Shown piece after piece: positions 10,343 through 18,900 of a DNA stretch of 27,090 nucleotides (within the stretch, counting starts at the first letter, position 1; every line of letters begins with the position of its first letter). Under the pieces are notes generated by a model that did no database searches, was not told the origin of the DNA, and was given only the letters and a program-made list of their open reading frames with translations. The stretch is from an uncultured archaeon. GTDB taxonomy: Archaea > Aenigmatarchaeota > Aenigmatarchaeia > GW2011-AR5 > JAHLMP01. The translations under genes were made by a program, and so were the position numbers. The DNA lies in NCBI GenBank assembly GCA_964651025.1, contig CAZYXF010000001.1, forward strand, positions 1-27,090, read 5' to 3'.

Positions 10343-10429
10343 CGCCGGCGGCAGGATTTGAACCTGCACGGGGCAAGTGCCCCACCCGCTCTCGAGGCGG
10401 GCGCGTTTACCGGGTTCCGCCACGCCGGC
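10343..10429 (-). tRNA. tRNA-Ser(CGA)
   Basis: Acceptor GCCGGCG/CGCCGGC, G73, anticodon arm CCCGC-CTCGAGA-GCGGG, long variable arm GGGGC-ACTT-GCCCC, T arm GCAGG-TTCAAAT-CCTGC. Confidence 0.96.
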
Positions 10430-10537
10430 AATTAAAAGTTAGGGAGAAAAGTGAAAAAGATATCGATTGATTTCTGCATTCTAGGCAAATCAGCGATTAC
10501 GTGAAATCAATTTTTCATAAGATTCGTTAATTCTTTT

Positions 10538-11296
10538 ATGAAAGTCATCATTGGATGTTGTGGTTGGGGCTTCTTCAGGCCAAAGTTGTATTTCGGAAAG
10601 GAATGGAAGTCGAGGTTCAAGAGCACCCTGCAAGCCTATGCCAGCCTGTTTGACCTTGTAGAGGTCAACTCGACTTTTTACAAATTGCCAAAGGCGAAAA
10701 CAGCCGAGAGGTGGAAAGAAGAGGCAAGGGAAGCGAATGAAGACTTTAGCTTCACCGTGAAATGCTCTCGAGTGGTTACGCATGAGGATAGATTCGCGAC
10801 TAAGCAAAGCAAAGAGGCGTTTGAAGCCACAGTAAAGATAGCAAAAGCTCTTGACTCAAATCTTTTACTTCTTCAAACCCCAGCCAGCTTCAAGTGCGAG
10901 AGCAAAAGCGTTAAAAACCTGCGCTCGTTCTTAAGATGGGTGAGAAGGCGGTTTAAAAACTTAATCATCGCGTGGGAGCCACGTGGTAAAAGCTGGGTGG
11001 AAAACGAAAGCGTTGTTCTCTCGATTTGCAAGGAGTTTGACTTGATTCACTGTGTCGATCCATTTAGAGATGAGCCGCTTTACTTTTCAAAAAAGAAAAT
11101 AGCCTATCTCAGATTGCATGGAATGGGAAAGCCGAGCATGTACAACTACAAGTTCACGAAGAATGACATGAAAAAACTCGGGAATTTTCTGTTATCCCTC
11201 AAAAAAGAAAAGGTAAAACTCGCCTATGTGCTCTTCAACAACATATACATGTACGAGGACGCTCTATCGTTCAAGCAAAGCTTAAAGAAGCTATAA
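10538..11296 (+). CDS. DUF72 (YecE-like, TIM barrel) protein
   Basis: IGCCGW, LVEVNSTFYKLP, FTVKC, LLQTPASF, AWEPRG, HCVDP, YLRLHG, YVLFNN. Confidence 0.9.
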   Translation: MKVIIGCCGWGFFRPKLYFGKEWKSRFKSTLQAYASLFDLVEVNSTFYKLPKAKTAERWKEEAREANEDFSFTVKCSRVVTHEDRFATKQSKEAFEATVKIAKALDSNLLLLQTPASFKCESKSVKNLRSFLRWVRRRFKNLIIAWEPRGKSWVENESVVLSICKEFDLIHCVDPFRDEPLYFSKKKIAYLRLHGMGKPSMYNYKFTKNDMKKLGNFLLSLKKEKVKLAYVLFNNIYMYEDALSFKQSLKKL

Positions 11297-12025
11297 GAAC
11301 CTCAACTTCTCTTTCATCAATCCCCTAAGCCATAGTTTGACCACGATTTTAAAATCGCGAAGATAGTCAAGCAAGTTTCTCTTTCTCCTCCTTATCAGAT
11401 GAAAGAATATCCTGAAGCCATCTTTAACTGTTACACCCTTAACGTAAATTGGCGAGCTAACGTTAACGTTCGCGCATTTCAAGTTTTTGTGCCCTGCTAT
11501 TATCACCATCTCGCTAGCTATAGCATAGCCGCTTTCCCTTGTTTGCGATAGAAAGAGCATAGCAGCCTTTTTGTTGAAGGCTCGAAAACCGCTTTCCGTG
11601 TCGCTAAGAGTTGTGCCAGAAATTAAATTCGTTAAGAAGTTCAGGATGAAGTTCCCTATCTTCTTGATGAGCGGATAAACCCTTAGATTTCTCCTTCCTA
11701 TGACGAAATCATAACCCTCTCTTATCTTTTCTAAGAGCTTTGGTATATCGTTTGGGTCATGTTGCCCGTCTGCGTCAATCGTTACTATTACGTCTGCTTT
11801 CCTTTTTAGGGCTTCCCTTATCCCGCTTCTTAGAGCACAGCCGAGGCCAAGATTCACCTTGTGCCTTATAACTATTGCACCTTCCTTTCTCGCTATCTCA
11901 CTAGTTCTGTCAGTAGAGCCATCGTCCACAACGATAATTTCATCGACGTGCTTTCTCGTTTTTCTTACGACTTCTCCTACGCTTCTCTCTTCGTTATAAG
12001 CTGGTATTACCGCTACGACCTTCAT
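11291..12025 (-). CDS. Glycosyltransferase family 2 (DPM1-like)
   Basis: VIPAYNEE, VVDDGSTDRT, NLGLG, DADGQH, DTESGFRAF. Confidence 0.9.
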   Translation of the reverse strand: MKVVAVIPAYNEERSVGEVVRKTRKHVDEIIVVDDGSTDRTSEIARKEGAIVIRHKVNLGLGCALRSGIREALKRKADVIVTIDADGQHDPNDIPKLLEKIREGYDFVIGRRNLRVYPLIKKIGNFILNFLTNLISGTTLSDTESGFRAFNKKAAMLFLSQTRESGYAIASEMVIIAGHKNLKCANVNVSSPIYVKGVTVKDGFRIFFHLIRRRKRNLLDYLRDFKIVVKLWLRGLMKEKLRFL

Positions 12026-12072
12026 TAACCAGCTTGGAAAAAGCGTTTAATAGTTATTGGCAAAGGAAAGAA

Positions 12073-12246
12073 ATGAATCGATTCGAGAGAGCTCGCATTC
12101 TAGCAGCGCGCGTGCTTCAGCTCGCGATGGGAGCAAAACCTCTAGTCAAGATAAAGAGCGATGATCTACTCGAAATCGCAGAGGCCGAGCTTGAGGCTGG
12201 CCTATTGCCATTTAAAACCGAAATAAAGAAGCCGAATGAGCGTTAG
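12073..12246 (+). CDS. rpoK: RNA polymerase subunit Rpo6/RpoK
   Basis: MNRFERARILAARVLQLAMGAKPLV...IAEAELEAGLLP. Sits in the conserved rpoK-eno-rps2 order. Confidence 0.92.
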   Translation: MNRFERARILAARVLQLAMGAKPLVKIKSDDLLEIAEAELEAGLLPFKTEIKKPNER

Positions 12247-12249
12247 AGC

Positions 12250-13305
12250 ATGAGGATAAAATCGATTGATTTGCGTGTTGTCTATAACTCATTTGGTAAG
12301 AAAACCATAGAGGCTGTTATAAACTCGAAGTTCAGAGCGAGCAGTCCAAGTGGGACTAGCAAGAGCGAGTTCGAAGCTCGTGAGATTGAGCCAGAAATAG
12401 CTATAAGGAGGTTTAACAAGATAAAAGGCCTTTTCATAGGGAATTTCACCCAGCGAGAATTCGATGAGCTTCTTCAACGTTATATCAATGAGATTGGGAC
12501 AGCAGCAACAACGGCGCTTTCTCTGGCTTTCTTCTCCTCGAGAAAGATGAAAGAGAAGCGTGTTCCTTATTTGATCGGAAACGTCATGGGAGGTGGAAAG
12601 CACAGCTTTGGGTTATCAAGGCAAAAGATACAGGAAATCCTTGTGATAACCCGCAACAAATCGATAAGAAAACAGATGGAAATAAGCAGTGAAATCTGGC
12701 ACGAAGTGAGAAAGGCTTTGATGAAAAGGAAAGCGCTGCTTGGATTGAACCACGAGTTTGCCTGGCTTCATAAGCTAAGGGATGAAGAAGCGCTAAGAGT
12801 AGCGCGCGAGATAGCGAGTTCGTTTAACGTTAGACTTGGAGTAGATGTGGCAGCGGATCACTTTTCAGGCTACAGAAGAGAAAAGCAAGTCGAATTTATA
12901 AAAAAACTCATAACGAAGTTCGAGCTCTATTACGTTGAAGACCCATTTAGAAGTGATGATTTCAAGAGTTTTGGAAAGTTAACCCATGAGTTTGGAAGCT
13001 CGTGTCTCATCTGTGGTGACGATCTCATAGCAAGCAGGCTGGAGAGGTTGGAAATCGCCTTAAGATATAACGCGGTAAATGCCGTGATAGTCAAACCAAA
13101 TCAAGTTGGCACAATCACGGCTTGTCTTGATTTAATGAAAATGGCAAGGGAAAATAAGATAGAGCCAGTTGTGTCTCATCGCTCGCAGGAAACCTGTTGT
13201 GCAGTTCTAGCAAAGCTAGCGGTGCTAGCGAACTACGCAAAAATAAGCGTTTGTGGCATTGACATAGAAAAGAGAAATGAGCTCCTACGTTTACTAGAAG
13301 GTTAG
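12250..13305 (+). CDS. eno: Enolase, compact and divergent (351 aa)
   Basis: PSGTS, GGGKH, QEI, GVDVAA, YVEDPF, GDDL, IVKPNQVGT, SHRS and K.NELLR motifs, plus rpoK-eno-rps2 synteny. Confidence 0.85.
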   Translation: MRIKSIDLRVVYNSFGKKTIEAVINSKFRASSPSGTSKSEFEAREIEPEIAIRRFNKIKGLFIGNFTQREFDELLQRYINEIGTAATTALSLAFFSSRKMKEKRVPYLIGNVMGGGKHSFGLSRQKIQEILVITRNKSIRKQMEISSEIWHEVRKALMKRKALLGLNHEFAWLHKLRDEEALRVAREIASSFNVRLGVDVAADHFSGYRREKQVEFIKKLITKFELYYVEDPFRSDDFKSFGKLTHEFGSSCLICGDDLIASRLERLEIALRYNAVNAVIVKPNQVGTITACLDLMKMARENKIEPVVSHRSQETCCAVLAKLAVLANYAKISVCGIDIEKRNELLRLLEG

Positions 13306-13332
13306 CTTTTTAACTTTAATGAAAAATTTCCT

Positions 13333-13911
13333 ATGAAAATGCTAGTGGAAAAGGAAGTTTACGTTCAACATGGAGTGCACATAGGAACCAGCACGAAAAA
13401 TGAGCAGATGAAAAAATTCATTTACAGGATATTGCCGAATGGGCTTGCTCTTTTTAAAATAGAGCTAATCGATCAAAGAATAAGAATCGCGGCAAATTTC
13501 CTTTCTAAGTTCAACGAGATCTTAGTAGCGAGCAAGAAGGCGAGAAAGCCTGTTGAGCTTTTTTGCAGCGTTGTCGGAGCGAAACCAGTTATCGGTCGCT
13601 TTCCGCCTGGGATGCTAACAAACCCAAACTACGAGCTGTATTACGAGCCAGAAGTCGTTTTGGTTGTCGATCCATTTGTTGACAAGCAAGCTGTTAGCGA
13701 GGCTTCAAAGGCTCGCTTACCTATAGTTGCTCTTTGCAACACGTTTAACTCGCTCTCGCTGGTTGACCTTGCGATACCTTGCAACAATCGCGGTCGCAAG
13801 TCGGTTGCGCTGGTTTTTTACTTGTTGGCAAGGGAGATAGAGAAGATAAGAGGAAAGATAAGAACTTACGCGGATTTCAAGTACAAAGTCGAGGACTTCC
13901 TGGACGTTTAG
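13333..13911 (+). CDS. rps2: 30S ribosomal protein uS2
   Basis: GVHIGT, GRFPPGMLTNP, VVDPFVDKQAVSEA, PCNNRGRKSVALVFYLLAREI. Confidence 0.96.
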   Translation: MKMLVEKEVYVQHGVHIGTSTKNEQMKKFIYRILPNGLALFKIELIDQRIRIAANFLSKFNEILVASKKARKPVELFCSVVGAKPVIGRFPPGMLTNPNYELYYEPEVVLVVDPFVDKQAVSEASKARLPIVALCNTFNSLSLVDLAIPCNNRGRKSVALVFYLLAREIEKIRGKIRTYADFKYKVEDFLDV

Positions 13912-13942
13912 TCTTTATTCTGCTCGTGGTTTTTAAATCCAT

Positions 13943-14038
13943 CTAAAGAGCTGAAGTGAAGAACACGAAAGTTACGATGAAGAGAAACGTAAATGCTAAC
14001 AAAAGCAAGAGCAATGCTTCGCCAAAACCCAATCTCAT
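13943..14038 (-). CDS. Putative 31-aa single-transmembrane peptide
   Basis: MRLGFGEALLLLLLAFTFLFIVTFVFFTSAL*. Fills the rps2/tRNA-Pro gap, with TTTAAA 21-27 nt upstream of its ATG. Confidence 0.55.
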   Translation of the reverse strand: MRLGFGEALLLLLLAFTFLFIVTFVFFTSAL

Positions 14039-14065
14039 AAAAGTTTCATCACCTTAACTTTAAAT

Positions 14066-14139
14066 GGGCCCGTAGTCTAGCCTGGTCAGGACCCCGGCCT
14101 TGGGAGCCGGAGACCCCGGTTCGAATCCGGGCGGGCCCA
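14066..14139 (+). tRNA. tRNA-Pro(TGG)
   Basis: Acceptor GGGCCCG/CGGGCCC, A73, anticodon arm CCGGC-CTTGGGA-GCCGG, T arm CCCGG-TTCGAAT-CCGGG. Confidence 0.97.
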
Positions 14140-14180
14140 CTCTTCAAAGTTAGAATTTGGGGTAAAGAGAGCTCAAGAAC

Positions 14181-14699
14181 TTAATTGAACTGTCTCATAA
14201 AATGTTTTACGAGCAACTCGTTCACAGCAGGATTTTCACGCGTTTGATGATGTAGGAGCTCTTCTGCGGTTACTTCAACAGGGTCTAATGAAAGAGTGTA
14301 AGTTATGCCAGGGAAACACATGTATGTGCCACTTTCTATGTCAACTGCACAAAATGGCACTTCATCGAACATAGCTTTGTTGAGGACAATCGTATCGCCT
14401 ACTTGATATCCGCCTATAGCTCCTATCTTCAGAGTTTTAGTTTCTCTGTCTATTCGAAAGAGCAATGGAAGTGGTTCTTCCCTGACTTCTCTCGGCAGTC
14501 TTGTGTTCATGTAAATTAGCATGTCCTCCTTTGGGATTTCTAGCTCTTTGGAAAGCAAGTCAGCAACATGATTATAAGCTTCGTTGACTATTTCAACTAC
14601 ACGAGAAACATAGCGCGGATCAGCGAAAACGTAGATTTTACCTCTCGTCTCCTTCACATTATAGAGATCTTCGTAGAATTCGTTCAGCGATCTGTTCAT
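14181..14699 (-). CDS. Hypothetical 172-aa protein, possible zincin-like fold (EExxH variant)
   Basis: Has an SD-like AAGGTGA and TTTTAA upstream, and no competing gene. GGYQVGDTIVLN...VTAEELLHH resembles the zincin strand plus HExxH helix. Confidence 0.6.
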   Translation of the reverse strand: MNRSLNEFYEDLYNVKETRGKIYVFADPRYVSRVVEIVNEAYNHVADLLSKELEIPKEDMLIYMNTRLPREVREEPLPLLFRIDRETKTLKIGAIGGYQVGDTIVLNKAMFDEVPFCAVDIESGTYMCFPGITYTLSLDPVEVTAEELLHHQTRENPAVNELLVKHFMRQFN

Positions 14700-14748
14700 G
14701 TTCTCGCTTCACCTTCAAGCTTTTAAGTTTTGGGACAACAATTCACAT

Positions 14749-14838
14749 GACAACGACAAGCGAGCTCATGCTCATCGCTTCATCGCTCATGAAATTGCAA
14801 CGAGAAACGAAATAGCGTATTCCTCGCTTGTCGTTGTC
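14749..14838. repeat. Perfect 16-bp inverted repeat with 58-nt spacer
   Basis: GACAACGACAAGCGAG (14749-14764) and CTCGCTTGTCGTTGTC (14823-14838). The spacer contains tandem TCATCGCT x2 and GCTCAT x3. Confidence 0.9.
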
Positions 14839-14845
14839 TGATAGC

Positions 14846-15964
14846 ATGGCAAAACTACCGCAGAGTTTCGTGAAGTATTTGATAAAGGCAAAATTTGAAG
14901 CAAGTGGAATAGTTGAGCGACCAGACGTGATTGGCGCTATATTTGGGCAAACAGAAGGATTGCTTGGGGATGAGCTCGATTTGAGGGAGCTTCAGAGAAC
15001 TGGGAGAATAGGAAGAATAGAAGTGACTGTGCAAAGCAAGAACGGCAAGAGCTTTGGAGAGATAACAATCCCTAGCTCCCTTGACATGAGCGAAACAGCA
15101 TTGATAGCAAGCGCTTTGGAAACCATAGAGAAAATTGGCCCTTGCGACGCAAAAGTTCGCGTTGAGAGCGTTGAAGACGTGCGTTCGCAAAAGAGGAGAT
15201 ACATAATAGAAAGGGCAAAGCAAATACTTCGCGAGATGATAGAAAAGACGAGAGAGGAGACGAGAGAGCTAAGCGAAGTTATTAAAGAAGCGGTTCGCGC
15301 ATATGAGTTAACTAGCTATCGCAACTTGCCCTGTGGCCCCGGAATTTACGAGAGCGATGAGATAATAATAGTCGAAGGTAGGGCAGACGTCATAAACTTG
15401 CTAAAACACGGGATTAAAAACGCTATAGCCATTGAAGGCAACACAATACCCCAAGCCATTATAGAGCTCTCTAGGAAGAAGATAACAACTGCATTTGTTG
15501 ATGGCGATAGGGGAGGAGAGCTTATATTGAGGAAGCTATTAGAGCTCGCTGATATAGATTACGTTGCTCGCGCTCCTGAGGGAAAGGAAGTAGAGGAGCT
15601 CACCAAAAAAGAGATATTTAAAGCCCTTCGCTCCAGAGTTCCAGCGGATCAAGTAAAAGGAAAAGAAATAGCAAGCGAAGCGAAAAACTCGCTTGAAAAG
15701 GCTGTTGAAAAAACGTTGAGGGAAATCTTTGGAAGCAGGGCTGCTGTGCTAATAGATAAAAGCGGCAGCGTAATCGCGCGAATTCCACTTAGCCAGCTAT
15801 CGGTTGCCATTCACGATTTTCCTCGAGCCTATGCTTTGGTTGTTGATTGCAACCTAACCCAAGAGCTCGTTGATCTGGCTTCAAGAGCAGGCATAAAGGT
15901 TTTGGCTTGTAATAGCGCTGGAGAGGTAAACCCAAGGGGGCTGAAGATAATAACCCGCGTTTAA
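14846..15964 (+). CDS. dnaG: Archaeal DnaG (TOPRIM; exosome-associated, primase-like)
   Basis: GIVERPDVIGAIFGQTEGLLG, LQRTGRIGRI, IIVEGRADV, DGDRGG. ATG 14846 preferred to TTG 14828. Confidence 0.95.
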   Translation: MAKLPQSFVKYLIKAKFEASGIVERPDVIGAIFGQTEGLLGDELDLRELQRTGRIGRIEVTVQSKNGKSFGEITIPSSLDMSETALIASALETIEKIGPCDAKVRVESVEDVRSQKRRYIIERAKQILREMIEKTREETRELSEVIKEAVRAYELTSYRNLPCGPGIYESDEIIIVEGRADVINLLKHGIKNAIAIEGNTIPQAIIELSRKKITTAFVDGDRGGELILRKLLELADIDYVARAPEGKEVEELTKKEIFKALRSRVPADQVKGKEIASEAKNSLEKAVEKTLREIFGSRAAVLIDKSGSVIARIPLSQLSVAIHDFPRAYALVVDCNLTQELVDLASRAGIKVLACNSAGEVNPRGLKIITRV

Positions 15965-17412
15965 TAAGCCTTTGCCACGTAAACGATCGCTTTTGCCTCC
16001 CTTCCACACCAAGCACATGTGTCTTTGGCAATTGTTTGTTCTTCGTTCAAGGCGATGCCGCGAACCTTTGCCCCATTCGTCTCGCTTTTTAGCTCCATTG
16101 CGCAATCCTCGCGCATGCAAAATGGCATTTTGACAACGAATCCAGAATTTATCAACCTTTTCACGTCTTCCCTGCTTTTCGCCTCCCTTAGCTTGCTATC
16201 AAACAGCTTTCTCGCCCTTTCCTTAAGGGATTGCAAAAGCAAAGATGCAAGCTCGTTAACCTTTTCCACAACTTCACTTTCGTTTATCTCAATTTTTTCC
16301 CTCGTATCCCTTCTCACAAGCGTTAGTTTCTTGCTCTCGACTTCCTTTGGTCCTATCTCTATCCTTATTGGCACTCCTTTTAACTCCCAATCGTTGAACT
16401 TAAAGCCAGGCGTAACATCGCGAAAATCGCACTCGCACCTAATGCCCGCGTCCGCTAATGTCTTTTTCACTTCCTCACACCTTGCCTCGACCTTTGCTCT
16501 TTCCTCCTTTGTAGAGTAAATCGGCACTATGATAACCTGAATCGGCGCTATTTTGAATGGAAGCACTAAGCCTTTGTCATCGCCGTGGATTGCTATCAAC
16601 GCGGCCATTATCCGCCAAATCCCTGGACCAAAGCAAGTTTGCCATACGTGCTTTTTCTCTCCGTTTTCGTCCATGAACTTTATGTCAAAGGCTTTCGCGA
16701 AGTTTTGTCCTAAATCATGCGTCGATGATATTTGGTTAACTTTGCCATCTGGCATTATCGTATCTGCAGCATATGTATTGCGAGCTCCAGCGAACTTATC
16801 CCAGGGTGGGCGCTTGAAGAAGAGGAATGGTATCGCTAGCTCTTCCCAGATCACACGCTCACAGACTTGCATGTCTTGCTTTATCTGCTCTAGAGCCTCG
16901 TCATGAGTAGCAAATGCGCAATGCGCCTCTATCCAGAGAAACTCGCGACCTCGCAAGAATGGACGAGTGTGTGATTCATAGCGATAGACTGCAACGCTTT
17001 GATAGAGCTTTAATGGCAAGTCGCGATAGCTTCGGATCCAGAGCGCGTACATGGGATAAAATGCTGTCTCGCTCGTTGGCCTGAGCGCGAGCTTACGCTC
17101 TAGCTTTCGGTCGCCAGCGTGAGTTATCCAGAAGACTTCTGGCTTAAAGCCAGCTACGTGCTCCTTCTCTTTTTCTAAATTCTCCTCTGGTATTACAACT
17201 GGGAATAAAACTGGCTCATGACCACGCTTTTCCAACTCATGCTCGAAAAGCTTGTATATCTCGCGAATTATCCGCATTCCCCATGGTAGGTGAACAACAA
17301 AGCCTTGAACACCATAGCGCAAATCAACTAATCCAGCTTTGAAACAGACTTGGCTAAACCACTCCGAGAAGTTCTCGCTTTTCTTCACAGTGATTCCTAG
17401 CTCTTCGCTCAT
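15961..17412 (-). CDS. proS: Prolyl-tRNA synthetase (archaeal/eukaryotic type)
   Basis: LRPTSET, YRYE..PFLRGREFLW, HDLGQNFAKAF, GVPIRIEIGP, terminal AKAY. Start ATG 17412 has SD GAGGTG and TTTTATAA upstream. Confidence 0.96.
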   Translation of the reverse strand: MSEELGITVKKSENFSEWFSQVCFKAGLVDLRYGVQGFVVHLPWGMRIIREIYKLFEHELEKRGHEPVLFPVVIPEENLEKEKEHVAGFKPEVFWITHAGDRKLERKLALRPTSETAFYPMYALWIRSYRDLPLKLYQSVAVYRYESHTRPFLRGREFLWIEAHCAFATHDEALEQIKQDMQVCERVIWEELAIPFLFFKRPPWDKFAGARNTYAADTIMPDGKVNQISSTHDLGQNFAKAFDIKFMDENGEKKHVWQTCFGPGIWRIMAALIAIHGDDKGLVLPFKIAPIQVIIVPIYSTKEERAKVEARCEEVKKTLADAGIRCECDFRDVTPGFKFNDWELKGVPIRIEIGPKEVESKKLTLVRRDTREKIEINESEVVEKVNELASLLLQSLKERARKLFDSKLREAKSREDVKRLINSGFVVKMPFCMREDCAMELKSETNGAKVRGIALNEEQTIAKDTCAWCGREAKAIVYVAKAY

Positions 17413-17595
17413 GTTAAAAACACCTCTTTGCATTATAAAAGGCCGGTAAAGACATGACATGCTTTATGAGCTCAAATACTAGCTCAATCAGAAATCTGAA
17501 TTTTCCTTTCACTTCGCTGGTTGGCGCGTGCTCACCATGCAGCAAGTTTACAACAAGTTTTAAAAGTCTATAGGGCAACAACACCGTCCTAGCAT

Positions 17596-18900
17596 TTACT
17601 CAATAACATAAACCGAGAGCTCGCATTTCTTCAGCTCAAATCTCTCATCTTGACAGAGCACATCTCTTTCAAACGCGTGTACGTTCGCAGCCCTTGGAAT
17701 CGCTTTTCCAAGCTCAAATACAACATCGCTCTCATTTCGAAGCTTTACTCTGAAATCCCTTCCCAGACCAATTCTACGTTTTAGGATGAGATAATCGAGG
17801 TGTTTAAAAAGCTCAATTTTCCTTAGCTGCATGACTTTTCTGCTCAGAAATGGCACCGATTTCTCAACGATGCTATTGTTTCCAACTACGCTTGAGTTGC
17901 AAAAAGCATTCGTGTAATTGGAATCGTCGTCAAAGCGAACCGTGAAGAGCTTCGTCTCATTTATCGAGAGGTTCGTCACAAAACTTAACGTTGCGTTGCT
18001 TGGGCTAACGTTGCAAGGCACTTGGTTAAAGTTCTCATCAAATACCTTGACGGAGTTGAAATCGATGCTTGCAAAGCCAAGCTGCGAAAAATTAACGAGG
18101 ATTAGCTCGTTCGTTAAGTTCGTTACGTTTGCGCTTTGGTTTATGTAAAATGGCTTCGAGTTGTTTGCAATCACCTTAACTTCATATATTCTCGTCCCAA
18201 GACCAAATTGCAAAGGTAAAAGCTTGCTTTTTGTCCAGTTCAGTTTTACGCTCGCGTAGTCCATGCAGAGCTTGGCTTCGGCTTCCTGAACGTAATAAAG
18301 CGTTATCCTGATGGAATTCGCTTGCTCCGGCGTTTCAACATGCTCGCCAATGTTAAAGCTCCAGTTCGTCCATTCATCACTCGCTATTCCACCCCAATCA
18401 GCAAAGTACTTTGAAAAGATGAGCGCATCGTCCTTCTTATCTCCTTTCCCACTATCTCGCTCAAAAGCTGTTGCGTTATAAACTACGAGAAAAACCGAGC
18501 TTCCAACGATTACGTCGCTCGTCAAGTTGGCGCTCTCAAAAACTATTTCAATCGCGTTTTCCCCATTTGCTGGAGAGATGCAGAAATAGCTTCCGTCTCC
18601 ATAGCTTTTCAGCTCGTTAGTTACGATTGATTTCGTCTCGTTCGTAAAAGCATTGAAGACACGAGCAAAAGCTACGCTGAGCGTGCTTTGATTAATGGAA
18701 ACGTTCTCATACCACTTAGCTGGCAGGCCAAAGCTAGAGAGCGAATTAAGTAAGCTAAGCGCATCGCTTCTACTTGCGAGCTCCTTGAGCTCCTCCTTCA
18801 CGGAAATGAGATGGTCGCTAGTTGTCCCCACGAAAAGAGCGAACAATAAAATGAACATTCCCGTAGCTATGGCAAAATCGACTTGAGATATGCCTCGCAT
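17596..18900 (-). CDS. Large class III signal peptide (pilin-like) surface glycoprotein, 434 aa
   Basis: Real start is ATG 18900, since the ORF-track extension is antisense to rps10. MRG|ISQVDFAIATGMFILLFALFVG, then GLPAKW. About 20 N-x-S/T sequons. Confidence 0.72.
   Translation of the reverse strand: MRGISQVDFAIATGMFILLFALFVGTTSDHLISVKEELKELASRSDALSLLNSLSSFGLPAKWYENVSINQSTLSVAFARVFNAFTNETKSIVTNELKSYGDGSYFCISPANGENAIEIVFESANLTSDVIVGSSVFLVVYNATAFERDSGKGDKKDDALIFSKYFADWGGIASDEWTNWSFNIGEHVETPEQANSIRITLYYVQEAEAKLCMDYASVKLNWTKSKLLPLQFGLGTRIYEVKVIANNSKPFYINQSANVTNLTNELILVNFSQLGFASIDFNSVKVFDENFNQVPCNVSPSNATLSFVTNLSINETKLFTVRFDDDSNYTNAFCNSSVVGNNSIVEKSVPFLSRKVMQLRKIELFKHLDYLILKRRIGLGRDFRVKLRNESDVVFELGKAIPRAANVHAFERDVLCQDERFELKKCELSVYVIE

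Noticed and set aside
10343-10429. Long-arm tRNA near a SepRS locus as a possible tRNA-Sec or recoding tRNA
   Set aside because: The anticodon is CGA with a canonical 7/5 acceptor and T-stem layout, so it is tRNA-Ser. TGA, TAG and TAA all end conserved genes normally here, so there is no sign of stop-codon reassignment.
14749-14838. Inverted repeat as a replication origin or box C/D sRNA
   Set aside because: There is no adjacent cdc6/orc1, no ORB G-string and no AT-rich unwinding element. There is no intact RUGAUGA box C paired with CUGA.
17441-17595. Long gap upstream of proS as a box C/D sRNA or small ORF
   Set aside because: Only one CTGA and degenerate ATGA elements are present, with no D'/C' pair, and ORFs are under 15 codons. 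It is most likely promoter and terminator space.
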